Below, piece by piece: positions 26,945 through 36,347 of a DNA stretch of 64,000 nt. Location of the stretch: the NCBI GenBank assembly GCA_964541825.1, contig CAZIRR010000002.1:4727-68726 (forward strand), written 5' to 3'. Position 1 is the first letter of the stretch. Every line of letters begins with the position of its first letter. Source of the stretch: an uncultured Christensenella sp. (GTDB lineage: Bacteria > Bacillota > Clostridia > Christensenellales > UBA1242). The translations under genes were made by a program, and so were the position numbers. The notes under the pieces were generated by a model that was not told the DNA's origin, did no database searches, and saw nothing but the letters and a program-made list of their open reading frames with translations.

Positions 26945-29137
26945 ATGACAAAAAAAAGGATAATAAATATACGTGTTTGTTGTATTGTATTTATAGGTCT
27001 AATGTTAGGCATTCTTTTTTGTCGTGCGTGTTGCTTGCAAAAATTGTCTGTGACAGCAATTGCTTTGGTACTAGTATCTCTTATTCTTGGTTGTGGTGGA
27101 GTAATAGTATATGCTACTCTTACCAAAACTAATAATCTCAAAAGTAGGGCAAGACAAAATGTAAGTCAATTATTGATTGTGTCCAGCATAGGCTTTTGTA
27201 TTGCTTTCTTGATAGGAATAATTATTTTATTATTTCCTTTTTTCGAAATAATGACGATTACAAATATAAATGGCGAAGTTTCTGTATATGGAACAGTTTG
27301 TGATTATGTAGAAGATGGCGGAACTTATACCAAATTTTTGATTGACAATGTAATCATAGAAGACGAAGGGAAATTGACGGCAAACAATTTTAAAATTTGT
27401 ATATATTCAGATAAATCTTCAAATATTGATTTGGGACAAAAAGTAGAATTTAAATGTGAATTGAGCAAATACAAAATTACTAATGAATTGGATAGTGCTT
27501 ATTTGTATCAAAATATTGCGTATAATTGTTATGTAAATTTTGACGATATTCAAGTTTTTGATGGAAACAAATCGCTAAAAGATATTATAAAAAGTTCTAC
27601 AAAAAATGTCTTGAAAGATAATCTAAATGATGATAATTCTGGCATTTGCTATACTGTTTTGTTTGGAGACGATAAAGGGATTGATACAGAAATATCCGAT
27701 ATGTTTAGTTATGCGGGTATCTCGCATATTTTGGCTGTGTCAGGATTGCATATAGGCGTAATAGTGTCTTTGCTATACTTTGTTATGAAAAAATGCAAAC
27801 TAAATAAATATCTAAATTTGATTATTCTTAGCTCAATTCTTTTGTTTTATAGCTATTTGTGTTCTTTTACACCGAGTGTGTGTAGAGCAAGTATTATGGC
27901 AATACTTCTGTGTCTCTGCAACATATTACAGATAGAATATGATTCTTTGAGCGCACTAAGTATAGCGGGGATTATTATTCTTTTGATATCGCCACTCAAT
28001 TTGTTTAGTGTTTCTTTTCAATTATCTTTTTTATGTATTTTTTCTATAATATCTATTTCTCCATTTATAGATAATTGTTTAAAGAAAATCAAATGTCCAC
28101 AATTTTTGTCTAGCACTCTTGCTATAAGTATCGCTACAAACATTGCTATTTTGCCAATTTGTTTGAATGTTTTTGTGAAAGTTAGTCTTTTGGGTGTAAT
28201 ATCCAATGTTTTTATACTTCCTCTTTTTAGTGTGACATATGTATTGTTATTTGTTATTACTATTTTCTCATTAATATTAAAATTCTTTGGTTTTTTATTA
28301 ATTATTCCAAACTTATTTTTGCATATAATCAAAGTTGTGGCCAATTATATTTCTCAAATTCCTTTTGGAATATTCAAAGCATTTAATGTGACATATTGGT
28401 CACTAGTTCTTTTGATAGGGAGTGCTATTAGCTTGCATTTCTTACTCACTAGAAAAATAATAAAAGCAGGTATTTCTATAAGTCTTGCTACAATGGTTTT
28501 AATTATCTTTTTGCTAAATAGTATCCCAAAAGTTTATAACGGAAATAATTTTATTTTCGTATCTAAATACAATAGCAATGCTTGTTACTATGTCAAAGAT
28601 AGCGAGGTTACGCTTATTGGTGCATCTGCCAAAAGTTATATAGTGGATAGAGAATTGAAACGTTTAAGAATTAAGAATATTACTAATGTAATTGCTTATG
28701 ACCTCAAACTCAATCGTTTAGATGATTTTTGTGATATGTGCAACTCGTGTAATGTCGAGAATGTCTATCTGCCCAAAACATTGGAATATGCAGAAATAAA
28801 AAATAGATTCAAAAATGCAATATTCTTTGAAGATAGTATTGATATTTCTTCTCTAGAATTTTCTGCAATTTATTACAAGTCAGAAATCACTGCCGTTTAT
28901 TTAAATGGTGGAGTTTTTTATAGGATATTAATTCCAGAATTAAGTCCTACTCAAGGAGAGGGTGAATATATATCAAATTATTGCCAAAATCTAGATGTGG
29001 ATATTGTATATTTGGGCAAAGACTATAAAAATTTAGATTTTACAAAAATTAGACCAGATATAAAAATTGTAACTGATGATAATATTTATTACAAAAATAA
29101 TAATACAAAAGAATTTGATATTTTTGTTTACAATTAA
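26945..29137 (+). CDS. comEC: ComEC/Rec2 DNA internalisation channel protein
   Basis: N-terminal OB region, competence domain signature GISHILAVSGLHIGV, many TM helices. The C-terminal ~200-aa domain lacks any His. Followed by holA as in Bacillus. Confidence 0.85.
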   Translation: MTKKRIINIRVCCIVFIGLMLGILFCRACCLQKLSVTAIALVLVSLILGCGGVIVYATLTKTNNLKSRARQNVSQLLIVSSIGFCIAFLIGIIILLFPFFEIMTITNINGEVSVYGTVCDYVEDGGTYTKFLIDNVIIEDEGKLTANNFKICIYSDKSSNIDLGQKVEFKCELSKYKITNELDSAYLYQNIAYNCYVNFDDIQVFDGNKSLKDIIKSSTKNVLKDNLNDDNSGICYTVLFGDDKGIDTEISDMFSYAGISHILAVSGLHIGVIVSLLYFVMKKCKLNKYLNLIILSSILLFYSYLCSFTPSVCRASIMAILLCLCNILQIEYDSLSALSIAGIIILLISPLNLFSVSFQLSFLCIFSIISISPFIDNCLKKIKCPQFLSSTLAISIATNIAILPICLNVFVKVSLLGVISNVFILPLFSVTYVLLFVITIFSLILKFFGFLLIIPNLFLHIIKVVANYISQIPFGIFKAFNVTYWSLVLLIGSAISLHFLLTRKIIKAGISISLATMVLIIFLLNSIPKVYNGNNFIFVSKYNSNACYYVKDSEVTLIGASAKSYIVDRELKRLRIKNITNVIAYDLKLNRLDDFCDMCNSCNVENVYLPKTLEYAEIKNRFKNAIFFEDSIDISSLEFSAIYYKSEITAVYLNGGVFYRILIPELSPTQGEGEYISNYCQNLDVDIVYLGKDYKNLDFTKIRPDIKIVTDDNIYYKNNNTKEFDIFVYN

Positions 29138-29154
29138 GATTGATGAGGTTTGTT

Positions 29155-30132
29155 ATGAAATTTGAAGAATTGAAAAATAATTTAAAGAGTGAAATAAAGA
29201 GTGGTTATTGTCTAAGTGGTGTAGACGAATTTTTACTAACATCTGCCTATAATTTGATAATTAAATATTCTCAAATTGAATACCCAGATTTGAATTTAAT
29301 TGAATTTAAAGAAGGAATAATTGATGGCAATGATGTGGTGAGAGCTTTGAATACTATGCCTGTTTTTTGTGATAGGAAAATAGTGTATTTAGATTTAAGA
29401 ATGGCTAGGTCTAGTGATATCAAAAATGGAAAAAATATAGAAGAATATCTCAAAAATCCTAGTTCGTCTAGTATCTTGGTTGTAAATATTGGGAATAATT
29501 CCACCCTTAAATGTTTTGATTTGAAATCTTTGTGTTTAGTTGATTGTGATAGGCTGTCTTTTAATATCGTTTCTTTGAAAATCAAACAATTAGTAGAAAA
29601 AAGTGGCAAATCAATAAACTCTGAAGCTATAAAATTGCTTTATGATTATACTCTAGGAGATTTGGCAAAAATTATTGTTGAATTGCAAAAACTTTGTGCA
29701 TACATTGGAGAAAGAAAAGATATTCAAATTCAAGATATTCAAGAATTGACAAATAAAAGTTTAGAGTATCAGATATTTGAATTAACAGAAGCTCTATCAA
29801 AAAAAGATAGCAAAAAAGTTTTTGACATTCTTAACGATATGAAGTCAAAGAAAGATGAATTTAGAATGCTTCCTGCCATTATCTTTTCGCATTTTAGGAG
29901 ATTATTTATGGTCTCCCTAAATCAAGATACAAGTAGGGGTGAATTGTCTCAAATGTTGGGTGTAAAAGAATACGCTGTCAAGATGACATTAAATCAAATT
30001 AATTTATTTACAAAATCACAATTGAAAAAAATTAATGATTTGTGTGCCAAAATTGATTTTGATTTAAAACAAAGTAATATTAGTATAGAAAATGCTGTAG
30101 ATGTAATAGTTATGAATATTTTAAATATGTAA
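29155..30132 (+). CDS. holA: DNA polymerase III delta subunit
   Basis: Size, position after comEC, and delta-subunit pattern (YCLSGVDEFL, MPVFCDRKIVYL, IFELTEAL). Start at the ATG with a GAGG SD. Confidence 0.75.
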   Translation: MKFEELKNNLKSEIKSGYCLSGVDEFLLTSAYNLIIKYSQIEYPDLNLIEFKEGIIDGNDVVRALNTMPVFCDRKIVYLDLRMARSSDIKNGKNIEEYLKNPSSSSILVVNIGNNSTLKCFDLKSLCLVDCDRLSFNIVSLKIKQLVEKSGKSINSEAIKLLYDYTLGDLAKIIVELQKLCAYIGERKDIQIQDIQELTNKSLEYQIFELTEALSKKDSKKVFDILNDMKSKKDEFRMLPAIIFSHFRRLFMVSLNQDTSRGELSQMLGVKEYAVKMTLNQINLFTKSQLKKINDLCAKIDFDLKQSNISIENAVDVIVMNILNM

Positions 30133-30205
30133 AGGGACAAAAATATTTGAAAATATTTTACTTTTGAAAAATATTCTTGTATAATTAGAAAAATGTGGAG
30201 GTTTT

Positions 30206-30655
30206 ATGGAAAATCCTCAAGAAAAAGAAAATAAAATGCCCGCTGGATATATGTCTAGTTTTTATCTATCCAGGTTGGGCGTAATACTATCAAATATCTC
30301 TATTGCAAGTTTGATAATCTTTGTTTGTTCACTAATTACTCCTATTTTGCTAGCTTTATGCTATGGTGTGGGCATTATATTGATATTTGCAACTATTGGG
30401 ACAATATTTGTAATGATTCCTAATTATTGGCAATTGCTTACATCATTTATGACTAATACATCAAAATTATTAAATCCTCTATTGTCTGTCCTTCCATATG
30501 TGTTGGGGATAGGCCTTGCCACAGCTATAGCTTCTGTTTTGATTTTGTTTTTTGATAAACAAAGAAATCACAAAGGCAGAATTGTTTTTGGGATAATAGT
30601 TGTATTATTAATTGTGGTGGCTTTTGTGTTCGTCTTGTGCGGAGGTTTGAAATGA
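30206..30655 (+). CDS. hypothetical polytopic membrane protein
   Basis: 149 aa, about 4 TM helices, GGAGG SD. Confidence 0.6.
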   Translation: MENPQEKENKMPAGYMSSFYLSRLGVILSNISIASLIIFVCSLITPILLALCYGVGIILIFATIGTIFVMIPNYWQLLTSFMTNTSKLLNPLLSVLPYVLGIGLATAIASVLILFFDKQRNHKGRIVFGIIVVLLIVVAFVFVLCGGLK

Positions 30656-31158
30656 AAAATATAGCAGTCAAAATTGTAGGAGAAAAATCCCTTAATCCCT
30701 CGTGCATAATTGATGGAAATCATATTAATTTAAAAAAGAATAAGTATGGAGTATTAGAAGGCTCATATCAAACAGAAAAAGATGAAGTTCAATTGACTGT
30801 TTGTAGATATCTAGAACTTAATGATAAGTGGTGGTTATTAATGTCAATTATATTTTTTGTCATAAGTATATTTGGCATATTCAATCCGCCATATGATAAG
30901 AAATCTATTCAGATAGAATATATAGCCAATATCAAATTAAAAGATAATAGCGAAATAAAACTTAAAATCAACAATTACAAATTAACAGACAAGGCAATTG
31001 AGTGTGAAAGTAATTGTGAAATTTCAGAGAACATAAATAAATTGGCAGTAGATAAAAAAGCAAAAAAGAGATTATCAATTCTTAGGCTTATACAAATTGT
31101 TGCATGGATTGGGATAATAGTAATGGCAATATTATTAATATCCAAAGCGAATGCTTGA
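30652..31158 (+). CDS. hypothetical membrane protein
   Basis: ATGA overlap with the upstream gene, GGAGG SD; internal and C-terminal TM helices. Confidence 0.55.
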   Translation: MKNIAVKIVGEKSLNPSCIIDGNHINLKKNKYGVLEGSYQTEKDEVQLTVCRYLELNDKWWLLMSIIFFVISIFGIFNPPYDKKSIQIEYIANIKLKDNSEIKLKINNYKLTDKAIECESNCEISENINKLAVDKKAKKRLSILRLIQIVAWIGIIVMAILLISKANA

Positions 31159-31168
31159 GGAGGGGAAT

Positions 31169-31663
31169 ATGAAAGTTTATATAAAAAATAAAATCATCAC
31201 ATTGGGTGGAAGTTCTAGTGTTGTTAATGAAAACAAAGAGCCAGTTCTATATGTAAAAGGGAAAGTATTTTCTATAACTCACAAGAAATTTATTAAAGAT
31301 TTAAATAAAAAGACTTTGTATATGGTTAGAAATAAATATTGGAAATTGTTTAAACATTCGGCTTTTATTTATGATGAAAACAAAGTGAAAATTGCCAAAA
31401 TTGTGGCTAATTGGATTAACGTAAATAATGAATATATTGTAGAAGGCTACAAGGACGAAATTAAGATTGTGGGAAGTTTCTTGTCTCCTCAATGTGAAAT
31501 TGTTAGGAATGGAGAAGTTATTGGGGCTATTAGGCGTCAAATAAATTTGATGGCTGATGCATTTGAATTGGAAGCAGAAGAACAAGACATTCCATTCTTG
31601 GTAGCTATAGTTATTGCAATGGATAATATCGTTGACGAAAAGAAAAGACAGCGTCATTCTTAA
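31169..31663 (+). CDS. LURP-one-related / YxjI-like (tubby C-terminal-like fold) protein
   Basis: MKVYIKNKIITLGGSS.V.NE..EPVLYVKGK.FS...K..I pattern typical of the DUF567/YxjI family. GAGGAGGGG SD. Confidence 0.6.
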   Translation: MKVYIKNKIITLGGSSSVVNENKEPVLYVKGKVFSITHKKFIKDLNKKTLYMVRNKYWKLFKHSAFIYDENKVKIAKIVANWINVNNEYIVEGYKDEIKIVGSFLSPQCEIVRNGEVIGAIRRQINLMADAFELEAEEQDIPFLVAIVIAMDNIVDEKKRQRHS

Positions 31664-31701
31664 TAATGATTGTATAATTGCAAATAAAAATATTTTTAAA
31701 C

Positions 31702-31734
31702 AAAAAAAGTTCGAATTTTATTTCGAACTTTTTT
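31702..31734. terminator. bidirectional terminator shared by the + operon and rpsT
   Basis: AAAGTTCGAA / TTCGAACTTT stem flanked by A7 and T-run. The 3' half (ATTCGAACTTTTTT) is duplicated at 31735-31748. Confidence 0.7.
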
Positions 31735-31753
31735 ATTCGAACTTTTTTATTAA

Positions 31754-32233
31754 CTATTCAGCTTTTTTAGTTGCTTTTTTAGCCGTGGTCTTTTTTTCAG
31801 CAGTTGCCTTTTTTTCAGTAGCTGGCTTTTTCTCTGCTTTTGCTTCTACAGTTGCTTTTTTTGTAGTAGTCTTTTTTGCAGGTTTCTTTTCTTCTGCTTT
31901 TACTTCTGCAACTTCTTCTTTCTTTTCTTCAACTTTTACATTTTTAACTTCAGTGTTTGCTACAACAGTTGCTTTTGCTTTGTAAAGGGCTTCTGCAAGT
32001 CTGCCAATCTTTCTACTAGCATTGTTTTTGTGGATAACACCTTTGCTACAAGCACTATCAATATAAGAGTAAACTTCTTTACTATATTTTTCTGCTTCTT
32101 CAATTTTGCCTTCTTCAAGCATCTTTCTAAATTTTTTGATAAGAGTAGAAATTGTAGCTTTTACATACTTATTTTCTTCTCTTCTTCTTTGTATTGTACT
32201 AATTCTCTTTTTTGCTGATTTGATATTAGCCAT
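31754..32233 (-). CDS. rpsT: 30S ribosomal protein S20 with 72-aa Lys/Ala/Glu/Thr-rich C-terminal extension
   Basis: MANIKSAKKRISTIQRRREENK is the canonical S20 N-terminus (ATG 32233, GGAGAA SD). The frame continues without a stop through a KKPAKKTTTKKATVEAKAEKK... tail. Confidence 0.85.
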   Translation of the reverse strand: MANIKSAKKRISTIQRRREENKYVKATISTLIKKFRKMLEEGKIEEAEKYSKEVYSYIDSACSKGVIHKNNASRKIGRLAEALYKAKATVVANTEVKNVKVEEKKEEVAEVKAEEKKPAKKTTTKKATVEAKAEKKPATEKKATAEKKTTAKKATKKAE

Positions 32234-32404
32234 TATTTTCTCCTTAAATTTTATATAACTATTTATTGAAATCTGCATTATTTTAGCATATATTTTTTGA
32301 AAAATCAAGAACTATTTAATCAAATTTGAAGTTTATTTTCTTTTTTAATCATTTTTTGAAGAATTTTCAGTCTAATATCTTATATTTTTGACTAAAATAT
32401 TTAT

Positions 32405-33313
32405 ATGAAGAAAGGGTATTCAGATTTAATAAGCGATATAATTAATTTGCAAAATTTTGAGAGCGCAAATGACAATGCAAAATCTCAAATATTTAATTAC
32501 TCAGACAATTTATCTAGAGAACGATATGATATTACAAATGAAAAAGAATCAAAGTTATTTGGCAAAAAGATAGGTAGATATGAATTGGTAAGTGTAAAAA
32601 ATCCTCTTGAATTATGCAAAATGGAAGAAGAAAAAATTATTGATTTATTGCAATCTATTCTTAGAGAATTATTAGGGGATATTGATAGTCAATCAAAAGT
32701 ATTGATTGTTGGTCTTGGCAATAGGCATATAAGTGCAGATAGTTTGGGAACAAAAGTTATTGGAGGAATAGATGTTTCTCCATATTTCAATCAACCTAAG
32801 ATTATGGCTATTTGTCCTTCCGTGCTTGGTTTAACAGGTATAGAAACTTATGATATTGTAAGTGGTGTAATATCTAGAGTAAAACCAACACATTTAATCT
32901 TGATAGATAGCTTGTGTGCTAGCAGTGAAAGTCGACTTGGCAAATCAATTCAACTTACAAATACGGGTATTTGTCCGGGGAGTGGTATTGGGAATAATAG
33001 GAGATGTTTGGATAAATCTTTATCTAGAAATGTTGTGTCTATAGGTGTGCCACTTCTTATATATGCAAGTACATTTGTAGAAGAAATTTTGCTCAAATCA
33101 GACATTACAAAAAATCGCATAAATAGTATTATGCAAACTGTCAAAAAACACGAAAATTTAGACAATATTAGTGTGTTTTGTAATGATATGCAAAAGATAT
33201 TTGAGGATAAACCTACAAGTTCAATAGTCACAATCAAAGATATAGAAGAATGTGTAGACAAACTGAGTGCAATAATATCCAAATCAATAATGAAAGCGAT
33301 TGGTGGGAAATAG
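32405..33313 (+). CDS. gpr: germination protease GPR (spore endopeptidase, family A25)
   Basis: VLIVGLGNRHISADSLGTKV, LILIDSLCASSESRLGKSIQLTNTGICPGSGIGNNR match GPR signatures. rpsT-gpr neighbourhood as in Bacillus. Confidence 0.85.
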   Translation: MKKGYSDLISDIINLQNFESANDNAKSQIFNYSDNLSRERYDITNEKESKLFGKKIGRYELVSVKNPLELCKMEEEKIIDLLQSILRELLGDIDSQSKVLIVGLGNRHISADSLGTKVIGGIDVSPYFNQPKIMAICPSVLGLTGIETYDIVSGVISRVKPTHLILIDSLCASSESRLGKSIQLTNTGICPGSGIGNNRRCLDKSLSRNVVSIGVPLLIYASTFVEEILLKSDITKNRINSIMQTVKKHENLDNISVFCNDMQKIFEDKPTSSIVTIKDIEECVDKLSAIISKSIMKAIGGK

Positions 33314-33870
33314 TGATAAAAGGGAAGTCAAAAAAAATATTGATGCTAATAATTGTATTTGTGTTTGTGGGAATAATATTGACCTCAACTATTTTTTTGA
33401 TATCATATCCAACAAAGTACAAAGGAGAAATTAAGAAATATTCACAAAAATATAATATACCGCCTTCGATGATTGCAAGTGTTATCAAGGTTGAGAGTAA
33501 TTATGACAAAAATGCTATATCTAGTGCTGGAGCTATAGGGCTAATGCAATTGCTACCTACTACAGCTCAAGAAATGGCTAGTAAGATGAATATAAATTTC
33601 GAAAGTGATGATTTGTTTGATGTCGATATAAATATCAATATTGGTTGCTACTATTTAAAATATTTGCTTGAATTGTTTGATGGCAATATAGACAATACTC
33701 TATCGGCATATAATTGGGGATTGAATAATGTAAGAACTTGGATATTAAAAGGGAATGCAGACGGGTATGGGACAATTACAAATATTCCTGTGTCAGAGAC
33801 TGAAAATTATCTTAAGAAATATAGACGAGCGAATTTTATGTATAGCAATATTTTTGGCTATGATGTGTGA
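33313..33870 (+). CDS. membrane-anchored lytic transglycosylase (SLT domain)
   Basis: IASVIKVESNYDKNAISSAGAIGLMQLLPTTA (catalytic E-S motif), AYNWG. GTG start overlaps the gpr stop (TAGTG) with a GGTGGGA SD; the ATG at 33343 is an alternative. Confidence 0.75.
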   Translation: MIKGKSKKILMLIIVFVFVGIILTSTIFLISYPTKYKGEIKKYSQKYNIPPSMIASVIKVESNYDKNAISSAGAIGLMQLLPTTAQEMASKMNINFESDDLFDVDININIGCYYLKYLLELFDGNIDNTLSAYNWGLNNVRTWILKGNADGYGTITNIPVSETENYLKKYRRANFMYSNIFGYDV

Positions 33871-33877
33871 CTTTTTA

Positions 33878-33906
33878 TTGACAATTGCCTTGCCCTTTGA
33901 TAATAT
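33878..33906 (+). promoter_or_regulatory. sigma-A promoter (extended -10) of lysS
   Basis: TTGACA, 17-nt spacer ending in TGa, TAATAT. Confidence 0.6.
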
Positions 33907-33983
33907 ACTAGAGTATGAATAAATTATGTATAAACTAGATGTTTTGTTTATACGACAAGTATAATAATTGAAGGAAGGACAAA

Positions 33984-35450
33984 ATGCAAGACGAAAATTT
34001 GTATAAAGAAGTAGATATTAGGGCAAAGAAAATTAAAGATTTAAAAGAAATGGGAATCAATCCTTACGTTTCCAAATTTGATACCACACACACAATTGAA
34101 GAGACTAGAAAATTAGAAATGGGCAGTAGAGTGTCTATTGCCGGTAGAATGACTTTTAGAAGGACATTTGGCAAATTTATGTTTATCCAATTGAGCGATA
34201 TATATGCCAAAATTCAAGTATCTTTGAGTGTAAACGAAATACCTGAAGACAAATATAAATTTTTTAAAGATTATGTAGATATAGCAGATTTTGTAGGTAT
34301 CGAAGGAGAATTGTATACAACTCAAACAGGGGAGATTACTGTCAAGGCATATAGTTATTCGTTACTTTCCAAAGCTATGCTTCCTCTTCCAGAGAAATTT
34401 CACGGATTGCAAGATATCGAAACTCGTTATAGACAGAGATATCTTGACTTGATTACAAACGAAAGTTCTAGAAAGGTATTTTTGGGTAGAAGCAAAATAG
34501 TCTCTATCATAAGAAGATATCTTGAAGACAATGGCTTTATTGAGATAGAAACTCCAATATTGCAGACAGCTGTATCGGGTGCTTCTGCCAAACCATTCTT
34601 TACTCATCATAATGCGCTTGACCTTGATTGCAATCTACGTATAGCTTTTGAAACATGGCTAAAACAAGCTGTTGCTGGTGGAATTACAAAAGTTTTTGAA
34701 CTTGGCAAAGATTTCAGAAACGAAGGAATGGACGCTACCCATTTGCAAGAATTTACTCAAGTAGAATGGTATGCTGGTTACTGGGACTTTGAGAAGAATA
34801 TTGTATTTTTCAAAAATTTGGTACAAAAGCTTCTTGAGAGTACTCTTGGTACTTGCAAAGTCAATTACCAAGGACACGAAATAGATTTCGGCAAGCCAGA
34901 ATGGGAAAGAATTGATTATGTGGCAGAAATGACTAGAATTTTAGGCTTCGAATTTTTGGATATTACAGATTTGGAAGAATTCAAATCAAAAGTTGTAGAA
35001 AGAAAATTATTTACCAGAGAAGATTTGGAAGAATGTAAATCAGTGAGAACATTGATTGATTATATCTACAAAAGAAAGATTAGAGAAAATATCGTAGGAC
35101 CTACTATTCTTTATAATTATCCTGCTGTCCTTAAGACATTGGCTAGAAGAAATGATAATGATAATAGAGTAACAGATGTATTCCAAGTAGTAGTATGCGG
35201 GGCGGAAATTTGTAATGCATATAGCGAGCTTGTAGACCCTATTGTTCAGAGAGAAAATTTGATGGCACAATTAGAAGAAAAAGCTAATGGTGACGAAGAA
35301 ACTATGGACGTAGATGAAGACTTCTTGAAAGCTATGGAACACGGAATGCCTCCTATGAGCGGTTTGGGTTTTGGAATAGATAGATTTATTATGCTAATAT
35401 ATGACCTACCAAATATTAGGGATACAGTTTTGTTCCCAACAATGAAATAA
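33984..35450 (+). CDS. lysS: lysyl-tRNA synthetase, class II
   Basis: OB-fold N-domain; class II motifs (RYRQRYLDL, FRNEG, GLGFGIDRFIM). Confidence 0.93.
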   Translation: MQDENLYKEVDIRAKKIKDLKEMGINPYVSKFDTTHTIEETRKLEMGSRVSIAGRMTFRRTFGKFMFIQLSDIYAKIQVSLSVNEIPEDKYKFFKDYVDIADFVGIEGELYTTQTGEITVKAYSYSLLSKAMLPLPEKFHGLQDIETRYRQRYLDLITNESSRKVFLGRSKIVSIIRRYLEDNGFIEIETPILQTAVSGASAKPFFTHHNALDLDCNLRIAFETWLKQAVAGGITKVFELGKDFRNEGMDATHLQEFTQVEWYAGYWDFEKNIVFFKNLVQKLLESTLGTCKVNYQGHEIDFGKPEWERIDYVAEMTRILGFEFLDITDLEEFKSKVVERKLFTREDLEECKSVRTLIDYIYKRKIRENIVGPTILYNYPAVLKTLARRNDNDNRVTDVFQVVVCGAEICNAYSELVDPIVQRENLMAQLEEKANGDEETMDVDEDFLKAMEHGMPPMSGLGFGIDRFIMLIYDLPNIRDTVLFPTMK

Positions 35451-35460
35451 TGGAGATTTT

Positions 35461-36324
35461 ATGAGTTTGTTTTTTGCTTGTAGTTCGTCAGATTTGCAAT
35501 ATGCAACCATCAAGAAACTTGGTATAGAATGTGTAAATATGCCATACAAAAAGAATGGCACAATGCATTGCTATGAAGAAAATTTTGATTACGGTGGTTT
35601 TTATTCCAAACTAAGAAAAGGTACAGATTTTGAACTTGCATTTCTAAGCGAAGATGACTATATACAAATATTTGAGCCATGTATGTCGCAAGGAGACGAT
35701 ATTGTTTTTGTGCATAGTAGCGAAAATATTGTAGATGTAAGCATATTGAAAAATGTAAAAAATGTATTAGAAAAAAAATATCCCGAAAGGAAATTTTGTT
35801 TGATAGATAGCAAAAACATATCTATAGGAGAGGGTGTTGTGGCATATCTTTGTGCAATGCTTTATAGAAAAGGGGAAACATTGCAAAGCATAGAAGAGAA
35901 GTCTCTGGATATTATTAATGAAAGTGCATTCTTCTTTGCGACAAACAATTCAAGCAAATTGGAAGATAATCTTATTATAGAAAAAACTTCTATTACAGGT
36001 GGAACAGCATTAAATATTAAGCCTATTTGGACTATAAATATCGATGGCAAAGTAGAATTATTTGACAAAGTCTCTGGCAAGAAAAAATGCATTGCAAAAC
36101 TTCTTGAGATTGTTCGCCAAATGGGGGAGAACGTTGTAGATTTTCCAATATCTATTGTATATACATATGACGAAAATTCTGCAAACGAATTGAGAGAAAA
36201 AGTAGTAGATACTTTTGGAAGTGATGCACAAGTAAGCATAGAGAGAATGTCTCCCAATAATGCAATGCTTCTAGGTGAAGATTTGTTGGGAATTGCCTTT
36301 CATATGCATAGAAAACTTCACTAA
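35461..36324 (+). CDS. DegV-family fatty-acid-binding protein
   Basis: Size and pattern (SSSDL near the N-terminus, IDSKNISIGEG, mid-domain layout) fit the DegV family. Confidence 0.65.
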   Translation: MSLFFACSSSDLQYATIKKLGIECVNMPYKKNGTMHCYEENFDYGGFYSKLRKGTDFELAFLSEDDYIQIFEPCMSQGDDIVFVHSSENIVDVSILKNVKNVLEKKYPERKFCLIDSKNISIGEGVVAYLCAMLYRKGETLQSIEEKSLDIINESAFFFATNNSSKLEDNLIIEKTSITGGTALNIKPIWTINIDGKVELFDKVSGKKKCIAKLLEIVRQMGENVVDFPISIVYTYDENSANELREKVVDTFGSDAQVSIERMSPNNAMLLGEDLLGIAFHMHRKLH

Positions 36325-36347
36325 TATTATAGATGAGGATTAAATTT

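Noticed and set aside
31735-31748. Duplicated half-terminator ATTCGAACTTTTTT after the rpsT terminator
   Set aside because: It is a short local tandem duplication of the 3' arm, too small to infer a function. It is noted only under the terminator feature.
31614-31985. 123-aa plus-strand Phe/Ala/Ser-rich ORF
   Set aside because: It is the antisense shadow of the Lys/Ala-rich S20 tail (AAA/GCT/GAA codons read backwards). The S20 frame is contiguous with a canonical N-terminus and SD.
33871-33983. Possible T-box leaders upstream of lysS, argS (42099-42269) and alaS (61912-62080)
   Set aside because: The leaders are only ~110-170 nt. I see no T-box consensus (AGGGTGGNACCGCG-like) or specifier/antiterminator architecture, only plain promoters.
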